Shown one piece after another: positions 1 to 7,601 of a stretch of DNA of 30,571 bases. Numbering within the stretch: position 1 is the stretch's first letter; the number at the start of each line of letters is the position of its first letter. The stretch comes from Gemmatimonadota bacterium. Lineage in GTDB: Bacteria; Gemmatimonadota; Gemmatimonadetes; Palauibacterales; Palauibacteraceae. Where the stretch lies: contig JBDHAC010000041.1 of assembly GCA_039588275.1 (NCBI GenBank), forward strand, positions 1-30,571, written 5' to 3'. A program made the position numbers and the translations under genes. The notes beneath the pieces were generated by a model, which saw only the letters and a list, made by a program, of their open reading frames with translations, made no database searches and was not told the DNA's origin.

Positions 1-2
1 GC

Positions 3-266
3 GCGGCCTCGATCGAAGGACTCCCGGAGGCCGAGCAGAAGTACATCCTGCGCGAGATCATGGAGCTTTGCCGATCCAGGCTTGGCGCTCCCGAACTCGC
101 GATGCCGCTTCTCGAGAAGGTGGCGCAGCTTCGACAGGGTACGGGAGTGGGCGACTGGGCACTCCAGGAGCTCAGAGAGATCAAGAGAGAGGCGCTGCTT
201 GCAGCACGTCGTGGTGGAAAAGGGTGGGTGCAAGCCGAAGAAAAGCTTGAACGATCAGATCGATGA
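3..266 (+). CDS. 3' part of a hypothetical helical (possibly TPR-like) protein, open at the window edge; its tail may be read-through into the DUF4145 remnant
   Basis: Frame 3 is open from base 3: AASIEGLPEAEQKYILREIMELCRSRLGAPELAMPLLEKVAQLRQGTGVGDWALQELREIKRE..., TGA at 264-266. The sequence looks amphipathic-helical. Confidence 0.5.
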   Translation, partial: AASIEGLPEAEQKYILREIMELCRSRLGAPELAMPLLEKVAQLRQGTGVGDWALQELREIKREALLAARRGGKGWVQAEEKLERSDR

Positions 267-482
267 AGTGCTGCCGCCGCTGCCGGGCTACCTCTCGGAG
301 AGCGTGGATGCCATCCGGGTGGTCGGCAACTTCGCGGCCCATCCCAGCAAATCGGAGCACACAGGAGAGATCGCAGACGTGGAGGACGGAGAGGCGGAGT
401 GGCTGCTGTACACGCTCAAGGGGCTTCTCGACCATTCTGCGCGAGACCAGCGAAGGAAGCCGCTAGACGTGATGCGCTCAAC
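190..482 (+). pseudogene. DUF4145 (HEPN-like) domain gene remnant, 5'-truncated and frameshifted
   Basis: Frame 1 from 190 reads RRCLQHVVVEKGG...LNDQIDEVLPPLPGYLSESVDAIRVVGNFAAHPSKSEHTGEIADVEDGEAEWLL, with the R..GN.AAH motif typical of DUF4145. There is no credible start. A family-like tail (FCARPAKEAARRDALN) continues in frame 3 from 435. Confidence 0.75.
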
Positions 483-547
483 CCCCCAGTGAGGGGGAGC
501 GGGCGAGAGGGATACTACCGATTTCACACCGCCCGTCATGTCATCCC

Positions 548-847
548 GTGAGTGGTAGACTGTTTCCTTCGCCCAAGGATGAAACCGCTCCTGTGCGGTA
601 CGAGCAGGCCTCACGATGGCTACGTAGGGCTGAGGACCTGGCTGGGCTCGAACGGCTTGAGGCCACGCTGTGGCACGCCTACCGACGCTTGTGGGCTACG
701 GCGCGGAAGGGATTGCCTGACGTGGACGTGGCGCAGGCCGGAGGGTGGTCGAGCCTCGACGCGCTCAAGGTTGCGTACCAACGGCCGGACTCGGAGACTG
801 TCCTGCGTGTCGTCACGCACGCGTCCGAGCTGCGGGAGGTACGGTGA
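548..847 (+). pseudogene. C-terminal fragment of a tyrosine recombinase/phage integrase
   Basis: Contains LFPSPKD, the HxxR box (WHAYRR), GGW at the LG[H/W] position and a candidate catalytic Tyr (KVAYQ). An in-frame TGA at 470-472 leaves no room for the N-terminal domains or the first catalytic Arg. Confidence 0.8.
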
Positions 848-858
848 TGCAAACGAAG

Positions 859-882
859 AAACCGCACACCAAACCCGCACAC
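859..882. repeat. Tandem imperfect direct repeat, candidate integrase arm-type sites
   Basis: AAACCGCACAC-C-AAACCCGCACAC. The core CCGCACAC occurs at 862-869 and 875-882, between the integrase stop and the tRNA. Confidence 0.55.
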
Positions 883-947
883 TCGCCAGAAATCGAAAGC
901 ACCCGAAAACGGCGATACGCAAGCGTGACAAGCGATTGCAGCACCAC

Positions 948-1031
948 GCGAAAGTGGCGGAATCGGCAGACGCGCCAGCCTTAGGAGCTGGTGGCCTTCG
1001 GGCCGTGGGGGTTCGAATCCCCCCTTTCGCA
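948..1031 (+). tRNA. tRNA-Leu (anticodon TAG), CCA not encoded
   Basis: Acceptor stem GCGAAAG/CTTTCGC plus discriminator A1031. Anticodon arm CCAGC-CTTAGGA-GCTGG (TAG at 982-984). Long variable arm GGCC-TTCG-GGCC. T arm GGGGG-TTCGAAT-CCCCC. Confidence 0.97.
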
Positions 1032-1074
1032 TGACCGCCGATCAGTACCCGGACAAGGACGAACGCGGACGCAC

Positions 1075-2394
1075 GTGAGCGACTCAGACTCCCCCAAGCC
1101 TACGAGTCCCGAAGCCGAGCCTGCCGAGAGCCCGTTTCAGGTCGCCGTCGAGGAGGAAGCGGCCTGGAAGCGCCGGCTCACGGTTACGGTCGCCCCGCAG
1201 CATGTGCGCTCGGCGCGCCAGCGCGAACAGAAGAAGCTTGCCCGCCGGGTAAAGATCAAGGGCTTCCGCAAAGGCAAGATCCCGCCGCGCGTCATCGAAG
1301 AGCGCTTCGGGCCCACGATCGACCAGGAGGTCCTCTCGTCCCTTCTGCAGGAGGGTTTTCGCGAAGCCATCCGCGCTCGGGAACTCCACCCGATCAGCGA
1401 CCCGGTGGTGGGAGACGTTCAGTATCAGGCGGGAGAGAGTCTCACCTTCCAGGTCGAGGTCGAGGTCATGCCCGAGTTGCAGCTCGCGCGGGTGGGCGGG
1501 TTTCGCATCGAGCGACCCGAGGTTTCGGTGGGTGACGATGAGGTGGATGAAATCCTCGAGCGAATGCGCGCGGATCATGCCATCCTGGAACCGGTGGATC
1601 GACAGGCCGAAGATGGCGAAGTGGTCTCCGTTCTCATCCGACATCCGGACGAAGACGACGACGAGGAGGAGGAGGAGGAGGAGGAGGAGGAGGATCGCAA
1701 GCCGTACCGCTTCGAGCTCGGCGCTGGGCTGGCGATCCCGGACGTGGAGGACGCCATCCGCTCGCTCGAGCCGGGGAACGAGGGCACGTTCGAGGTCACG
1801 TACCCGGACGACTTCGACACGCCAGAGCTGGCCGGAACGACCCGCGAGCTGAGAATCGAGTTGTTGGACGTGAAGACGAAGCGACTCCCGGAGCTCGACG
1901 ACGATCTCGCGCGCGAGGTGGGAGACTTCGATTCGCTCGACGCGCTACGCGCCGCCGTGACCGAAGATCTCGTCAAACACCGCGAGCGCGAGGCGGAGGA
2001 CGTGGTCCGGGAGCGGTTGATCGATTCGATGATCGAGGCGAACGCGTTCGAGGTGCCGCCCAGTCTCGTGGAGCGTTATCTTGACCGAGTCATCGAGGCA
2101 CCGGACGATGCCCCGGCCGACGAGGTGGAAAAAGCCCGCCGGACGCTGGGTCCAGCCGTCGAGAGACAGATCAAGCGCGACCTCATTCTCGAGCGGCTGA
2201 TCGATTCCGAAGGCCTCGCGGTCTCGGAGGCGGAGGTGGAGGAGCGGCTTCAGACCCTCGGAGAACGTGGGGGTCTTAGCCCGGCGGAGGTGAGGAAGCG
2301 GCTCGCGAGGGAGAAGCGCCTCGACGCTCTCCGGCAGCAGATCGCGACGGATAAGGCGTTCGATTTTCTTGCGTCTCAGTCCACAATCGAGTAA
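1075..2394 (+). CDS. tig: Trigger factor
   Basis: Ribosome-binding motif GFRKGK, FKBP-like segment (VTYPDDF..ELAG), LPELDDDLA, and position in tRNA-Leu-tig-clpP-clpX. Start moved to GTG 1075 because the track start at 991 lies inside the tRNA. Confidence 0.95.
   Translation: MSDSDSPKPTSPEAEPAESPFQVAVEEEAAWKRRLTVTVAPQHVRSARQREQKKLARRVKIKGFRKGKIPPRVIEERFGPTIDQEVLSSLLQEGFREAIRARELHPISDPVVGDVQYQAGESLTFQVEVEVMPELQLARVGGFRIERPEVSVGDDEVDEILERMRADHAILEPVDRQAEDGEVVSVLIRHPDEDDDEEEEEEEEEEDRKPYRFELGAGLAIPDVEDAIRSLEPGNEGTFEVTYPDDFDTPELAGTTRELRIELLDVKTKRLPELDDDLAREVGDFDSLDALRAAVTEDLVKHREREAEDVVRERLIDSMIEANAFEVPPSLVERYLDRVIEAPDDAPADEVEKARRTLGPAVERQIKRDLILERLIDSEGLAVSEAEVEERLQTLGERGGLSPAEVRKRLAREKRLDALRQQIATDKAFDFLASQSTIE
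1663..1692 (+). repeat. Perfect (GAG)10 microsatellite in tig (poly-Glu)
   Basis: Ten consecutive GAG codons within a 16-residue acidic run at 1648-1695. Confidence 0.95.
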
Positions 2395-2429
2395 CCGTCG
2401 CTTCCCGGGAAACCGCTCGTGCGGGCAGT

Positions 2430-2459
2430 GTATCTGAGGGTATCGAAGGGTATCTGAAA
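2430..2459. repeat. Three tandem 10-bp imperfect repeats upstream of clpP
   Basis: GTATCTGAGG / GTATCGAAGG / GTATCTGAAA. Confidence 0.85.
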
Positions 2460-2487
2460 GCCCAACGGCAAACGGAAGCGAGGATTC

Positions 2488-3111
2488 ATGCCCCTGTACG
2501 CCCCTTATGTAATCGAGCGCTCGAGTCGCGGCGAGCGGACGTACGACATCTTCTCGCGGCTATTGATGGACCGCATCGTGTTTCTCGGCACACCTATCAG
2601 CGACGACGTCGCCAACGTTGTGATCGCCCAGTTGTTGTTTCTGCAGGCCGAGAATCCCGAGCGGGACATCCACATCTACATCAACTGCCCGGGCGGCAAC
2701 GTCTACGCCGGGCTCGCGATCTACGACACCATCCAGTTCTGCACCGCCCCGGTGGCTACGACGTGCATGGGGATGGCAGCCTCGATGGGCGCGTTTCTCC
2801 TTGCGGCAGGCACTCAGGGGAAGCGGACCGCGTTACCCAACTCACGGATCATGATCCACCAGCCGTCGGGCGGGTCTTCCGGGACGGCGGCGGACATCGA
2901 GATCCAGGCCAAAGAGATCCTCTACGCGCGCGAGCGCCTCAACTTGCTCCTGGCGAAGCACACGGGTCAGTCGCTCGAGCAGGTGCAGGAGGACGTGGAT
3001 CGCGATCGATTCATGTCGCCCGACGAGGCCCTCGAATACGGACTGATCGACAAGGTGGTAGAGCGGCAAGCCGAGGTCGGGAGCGAGAACGGGAAGCCCG
3101 AGGTCGAATAG
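2488..3111 (+). CDS. clpP: ATP-dependent Clp protease proteolytic subunit
   Basis: YDIFSRLL, catalytic Ser (AASMG), His (MIHQP) and Asp (DRDRF). GAGGA RBS upstream. Confidence 0.98.
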   Translation: MPLYAPYVIERSSRGERTYDIFSRLLMDRIVFLGTPISDDVANVVIAQLLFLQAENPERDIHIYINCPGGNVYAGLAIYDTIQFCTAPVATTCMGMAASMGAFLLAAGTQGKRTALPNSRIMIHQPSGGSSGTAADIEIQAKEILYARERLNLLLAKHTGQSLEQVQEDVDRDRFMSPDEALEYGLIDKVVERQAEVGSENGKPEVE

Positions 3112-3234
3112 GCCGCGGAGCTCGTCAGCAGGGATACGGACTACCGTCAGGTCCGAGGGTTGGCGAAGTTTCGCTGGAACGCATCTGGCAGGTAGACGAG
3201 CCTGGAGGACCGAACCCGGAGCGATAGGGCGACG

Positions 3235-4479
3235 ATGCCAAGCGACAAGCACTTGCGCTGCTCTTTCTGCGGAAAGTCCAAGGACGCGGTCAAGAAGTTC
3301 ATATCCGGACCGAACGTCTACATCTGCAACGAGTGCATCGCGCTATGCAACGAGATCCTTGCCGAGGAGGAGGAACGTGAAGCGGCAGGCCGCTTCACGG
3401 AGATTCCCACCCCCGCCGAGATCAAGGAGGTCCTCGACCTCTACGTGATCGGCCAGGAACTTGCCAAAAAGACGCTTTCCGTCGCCGTCTACAACCACTA
3501 CAAGCGCATTAACCACCGCAACTTGGTGGACGAGGTCGAGATCGAGAAGTCGAACATCATGCTTCTCGGCCCGACCGGGGTCGGCAAGACGCTTCTCGCC
3601 CAAACGCTCGCCCGCATTCTCCAGGTTCCGTTCACGATCGCCGACGCGACGACACTCACCGAAGCCGGTTACGTGGGCGAGGATGTGGAGAACATCCTGG
3701 TCCGGCTGCTCCAGGCGGGTGAGTACAACGTGGCCGAATGCGAGCGGGGCATCGTCTACATCGACGAGATCGATAAGATCGCGCGAAAAGCGGATAATCC
3801 GTCGATCACGCGCGACGTATCTGGTGAGGGCGTGCAACAGGCCCTGTTGAAGATTCTCGAGGGGACCGTGGCCTCGGTACCACCCCAGGGCGGCCGGAAG
3901 CACCCGCAGCAGGAATACATCCAGATCGACACCAAGAACATCCTCTTCCTGTGCGGGGGTGCGTTCGACGGTCTGGAAGACATCATCGAGGAGCGCCAGG
4001 GCAAGCGTCAGATCGGTTTCCGAGACACCGACGAACACGCGAAGGGCTTCGCCGACGAGGACAATATCCTGACTCACGTGGAGCCGGAGGATCTACTGCG
4101 CTACGGTCTCATCCCGGAGCTGGTCGGCCGGCTGCCCGTGCTCGTGGCCCTGCACGACCTGGATGAGGACTCGCTCGTCGAGATCCTGCAGCGACCCAAG
4201 AACGCCCTCATCAAACAGTACACGAAAATGTTCGAGCTCGAGGGCGTCGGCCTCACCTTCGACCCCGAGGCCCTGCGCGCGATCGCGAAGGCTGCGATCG
4301 AACGTGGAACCGGCGCTCGCGGTCTGCGGGCGGTGCTCGAACAGGTCATGCTGGACGTGATGTTCGACCTTCCGGGCCGGATGGATGTGCGCGAAGTAGT
4401 GGTCACCAAGGAGACCATCACGGAGCGAACGCAACCGCTTCTGATCCTCGAGCCCGAGCCGGAGCGCAAGGAGGCCTGA
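3235..4479 (+). CDS. clpX: ATP-dependent Clp protease ATP-binding subunit ClpX
   Basis: C4 zinc domain CSFC...CNEC, Walker [13 protein letters not shown] pore loop, Walker B YIDEID, RKH and IGF loops. Confidence 0.98.
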   Translation: MPSDKHLRCSFCGKSKDAVKKFISGPNVYICNECIALCNEILAEEEEREAAGRFTEIPTPAEIKEVLDLYVIGQELAKKTLSVAVYNHYKRINHRNLVDEVEIEKSNIMLLGPTGVGKTLLAQTLARILQVPFTIADATTLTEAGYVGEDVENILVRLLQAGEYNVAECERGIVYIDEIDKIARKADNPSITRDVSGEGVQQALLKILEGTVASVPPQGGRKHPQQEYIQIDTKNILFLCGGAFDGLEDIIEERQGKRQIGFRDTDEHAKGFADEDNILTHVEPEDLLRYGLIPELVGRLPVLVALHDLDEDSLVEILQRPKNALIKQYTKMFELEGVGLTFDPEALRAIAKAAIERGTGARGLRAVLEQVMLDVMFDLPGRMDVREVVVTKETITERTQPLLILEPEPERKEA

Positions 4480-4729
4480 GCGACCCGGCTCCTCGACGAG
4501 AGCCAAGCGCCTTGGATCTTCCTCGCTCGCAGCAGACGCCTCGATCTCGAAGTTACCTCGACACAACGATCCGAGCTGCTCACGGGCCACGCCTCGTCGT
4601 GCCGGCGTCCGAGCGCTCGCTGTGGAGACCCACCTCGCTCCGCTCCGAGGGAGTCGGGAGGGCGCAACGAGGTCCGTTCGTAACCCGCCTCGGGGGCGAG
4701 GAGGCGGTCCTCTGGGGAGACATTCGGGC

Positions 4730-5332
4730 GTGAGCGGACGGGAGGGGGTACGGAGCGTCGAGTTCGTGGGCGCGATCGCGGTCCCGGGTCAAGAGCCGCC
4801 GGAGCGATTGCCGCAGGTCGCGATCGCGGGGCGGTCGAACTGCGGGAAGTCGACGTTGATCAACCGGCTGGTAGGCCGGAAGAAGATCGCGCGCACTTCG
4901 AAACGCCCCGGGCGGACGCAGGAGATCAACTTCTTTCGCGTCAACGACCGCTTCCTGCTCGCGGATCTCCCCGGGTACGGCTTTGCGCGCGCCCCTCAGG
5001 AGGTGCGCGAGCGTTGGGGACCGCTGGTCGAATCCTACCTGGGCGGAACGCCCGAGCTTCTCGGGATCGTCCTGCTGGCTGACGCGCGCCGGGGCCTGTC
5101 AGGTGATGACGGAGAGATGCTGGAGTACCTGGAGCGTTTGGGGACGCCGACGCTGTTCGTCCTCACCAAAGCCGACAAGTTGAATCGCGCCGGGCAGCGC
5201 CGGGCGCTCCAGAAGCTGCAGAAGACGCTGGGGGCGGAAGAAGACCAACTCCTCATCACCTCCGCTCGTACCGGCCTCGGTGTTCAGGAGCTGTGGGACA
5301 GCATCCTGGCGTTGCTGGGGTCGCCCGCCTGA
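4730..5332 (+). CDS. engB: Ribosome-biogenesis GTPase EngB/YihA/YsxC
   Basis: G1 GRSNCGKS, PGRT, DLPGYG, TKADK. GTG start at 4730 chosen after a GGGGAGA RBS. Confidence 0.93.
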   Translation: MSGREGVRSVEFVGAIAVPGQEPPERLPQVAIAGRSNCGKSTLINRLVGRKKIARTSKRPGRTQEINFFRVNDRFLLADLPGYGFARAPQEVRERWGPLVESYLGGTPELLGIVLLADARRGLSGDDGEMLEYLERLGTPTLFVLTKADKLNRAGQRRALQKLQKTLGAEEDQLLITSARTGLGVQELWDSILALLGSPA

Positions 5333-5412
5333 CCCTGTAATTGGTCGCGAACCGACGCCAAGAGACTGCCGGGTGGTGACGCGAGGGGCCGTCCGCACCC
5401 ATCTTCCGAGCC

Positions 5413-6585
5413 ATGGACATTCGCACCAAGCTGGTGTTCGCCCTCGTCGCCGTATCTCTCGGGAGCATGCTCGCGCTCGCGGCCAGTGGGTACTCGATCG
5501 CCGGGGGCCTGCTCGAAGACGCGTCGGCACGACAACTCCAGGCGTTGGCGGAGAGCAAGAAGCAGGATCTGGAGAAGGTCATTCGCGGGTGGCAGGACCG
5601 CGTCGGTCTGATCGGTAGCCGCACGCAGCTTCGTCTCTCCCTGCGCGACCACAACGAGTCCCACCGAGAATCGGACCGCGACATCATCCAGCGGATTCTG
5701 GATGATGCCCGGGCGTCGGCGCGGACGATGATGCGCCTGAGCGTTTACGACGCCCACGGACATCCCGTGGTGTCCACCCCGAACGCGCGACCCGACACGA
5801 TCACTCCGCTGACCAGCGACCGGATCGCCGCCGTCGAGCGCGCGGTCGCCGAGGCCGAGGACGACACAACGCCCGGGTCCGAAGCCGTCTACGAGGGTCT
5901 GTTCACGGGGCCCTCGCAGCCACCCCAGGTGCAGTTTCTGACAGCGCTCGAGCTCGATGGCGAGCGTATAGGCTGGTTGGAAGTCCGGTTGGGCGCGGAC
6001 GAGCTGGCGGAAGTCGCTCACAACTACATCGGACTCGGGGAGACCGGAGAGACCTTGATCGTCGCACGCCGGGGCTCGCGTGAGGTGCGCGTGCTCCACC
6101 CGGTCCGCCACCAGGCCGATGAGAACGACGTCCCGCTTCGGGTTTGGCCCGAGGATCCTGCTTACCGAGCCGCGATGGGAGTGGACAGCGTGTTCATCGG
6201 TGACCTCGTCGACTACCGGGGTGAGACCGTGTGGGCCGCGACGCGTTTCCTGCCCGAGCTGGAGTGGGGGGTTGTGGTGAAGTTCGATGCCGCGGAGGAG
6301 AGGGGCCCGGCACGCGAGTTGGGTCGCAGAATGGCGCGCCTGGCGCTATCGCTGTCGGCGTTCGCCATCCTTGCCGGCGTGCTGCTCGGGTTCAGATTCG
6401 CCCGACCGATCCATGAGCTGGCCGAGGTCGCCGATCGAATCCGCACCGGTGACACGGGCGCTCGGGCCGACGGCAGCTCACACGACGAGGTGGGGCAGCT
6501 CGCCCGCACCTTCAACCAGATGGCGGACGCGCTCACCGACCCCGGAATCCGCATTCGACCCGCCGACGACGAGCGGGGCGAGTAG
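5413..6585 (+). CDS. Membrane sensor-like protein: TM, Cache-like extracytoplasmic domain, TM, HAMP; no output domain
   Basis: N-terminal hydrophobic helix, LGETGETLIV and DYRGETVWAA...WGVVVKFD (dCache-like), second TM, HAMP (PIHELAEVADRI..GD...DEVGQLARTFNQMAD), then a stop about 19 residues later. Confidence 0.85.
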   Translation: MDIRTKLVFALVAVSLGSMLALAASGYSIAGGLLEDASARQLQALAESKKQDLEKVIRGWQDRVGLIGSRTQLRLSLRDHNESHRESDRDIIQRILDDARASARTMMRLSVYDAHGHPVVSTPNARPDTITPLTSDRIAAVERAVAEAEDDTTPGSEAVYEGLFTGPSQPPQVQFLTALELDGERIGWLEVRLGADELAEVAHNYIGLGETGETLIVARRGSREVRVLHPVRHQADENDVPLRVWPEDPAYRAAMGVDSVFIGDLVDYRGETVWAATRFLPELEWGVVVKFDAAEERGPARELGRRMARLALSLSAFAILAGVLLGFRFARPIHELAEVADRIRTGDTGARADGSSHDEVGQLARTFNQMADALTDPGIRIRPADDERGE

Positions 6586-6591
6586 CTCACT

Positions 6592-7536
6592 TTGGCCTAC
6601 CTGGAGCTGTTCGGGGGACTCGTATACCTGCTGATGGGGGGTGATCTCCTCGTCCGCGGCGCTGTCGCGCTCGCGCGGCGCGCAAACATCTCGCCCATGC
6701 TGGTGGGCGTGACCATCGTCGCGCTGGGCACTTCCGCACCGGAACTCTTCGTGGCTCTGGAGGCGACACTCACGGGCCATCCCGGCATCGCTTTGGGGAA
6801 CGTGGTGGGCTCCAATATCGCCAACGTTCTCCTCGTGGCCGGGAGCCTCGCCATCATCTTTCCGATCCTCTCCGAGGATGGCGATACCCGGGCAGACACG
6901 ATCGCCATGCTGGCGGCCAGCCTTCTCCTCGTCGTGCTTTGTTTCGGCGCCGGAATCTCTCAGCTCGAAGGCGTCCTGCTCCTCGTGGGCCTCGTGCTGT
7001 TTCTGGGCTACAAGGCCCGACACGTGGGACGGATCGAAAAGCGGGAAGGGCGGCTTGATTTCGTGCCGGGATTGCCGGGCAAAGGGTGGATGATCGCTCT
7101 GTTCATCGTCGTGGGGAGCGTCTGGTTGCCGCTCGGCGCCCACCTGCTCATCAGGGCTGCCTCCACCATCGCACGCGATCTTGGCGTATCCGAAGCGGTG
7201 GTCGGGCTCACCGTGGTTGCGGTCGGAACCTCGCTGCCCGAGCTCGCGACCGTGTTCGTCGCCACCGCGAGACGACACACCGACGTGGCGCTCGGCAACG
7301 TCATCGGCAGCAACGTGCTCAACATCCTCGCGATCCTCGGGGCGGCGGTCGTCATACCGTGGAAAGCGCTGCCGGTACCCGAGCAGTTCCTCCGGCTCGA
7401 CCTCCCGGTGATGGTCGTCTCGGCACTCCTGATTACGGTCTTCACGCTGCGCAGACGACCGATCGGCCGGATGATGGGAATCCTGATGCTGGTCGCGTAC
7501 GTGGCGTACGTGGCTGTCCTGTACGGAGCCGCCTGA
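6592..7536 (+). CDS. yrbG: Calcium/sodium antiporter (CaCA family, YrbG-like)
   Basis: Two alpha repeats: GTSAPE...GNVVGSNIAN and GTSLPE...GNVIGSNVLN. About 10 hydrophobic segments. TTG start 6 nt after the upstream stop. Confidence 0.92.
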   Translation: MAYLELFGGLVYLLMGGDLLVRGAVALARRANISPMLVGVTIVALGTSAPELFVALEATLTGHPGIALGNVVGSNIANVLLVAGSLAIIFPILSEDGDTRADTIAMLAASLLLVVLCFGAGISQLEGVLLLVGLVLFLGYKARHVGRIEKREGRLDFVPGLPGKGWMIALFIVVGSVWLPLGAHLLIRAASTIARDLGVSEAVVGLTVVAVGTSLPELATVFVATARRHTDVALGNVIGSNVLNILAILGAAVVIPWKALPVPEQFLRLDLPVMVVSALLITVFTLRRRPIGRMMGILMLVAYVAYVAVLYGAA

Positions 7537-7576
7537 GCGCACCGCGCCGCGCCGGACATGGCGGCGCCCGTGCCCT

Positions 7577-7592
7577 GGGGGCCGCGGCCCCC
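7577..7592. other. GC palindrome between convergent genes, possible terminator hairpin without U tract
   Basis: Perfect 16-bp palindrome GGGGGCCGCGGCCCCC. Confidence 0.35.
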
Positions 7593-7601
7593 GAGAGGAG
7601 G

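Larger units (their letters stand above)
190..947. mobile_element. Decayed integrative element/genomic island remnant next to tRNA-Leu
   Basis: Integrase fragment, HEPN cargo fragment, arm-like repeats and an adjacent tRNA. The left boundary is not determined. Confidence 0.6.

Noticed and set aside
82..492. 136-aa ORF as an intact DUF4145 gene
   Set aside because: The first 36 codons are an alternate frame of the upstream gene, and the tail after 435 is frameshifted. Treated as a pseudogene.
991..1074. Longer tig N-terminus from the ORF track
   Set aside because: It overlaps the tRNA. GTG 1075 is more plausible.
2430..2459. Repeats as a CRISPR array
   Set aside because: 10-bp units without spacers and no cas genes. 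No CRISPR array was seen in the window.
4480..4729. 250-bp clpX-engB spacer as a lon remnant or ncRNA
   Set aside because: No Lon-like translation or recognisable RNA motif, only short GC hairpins.
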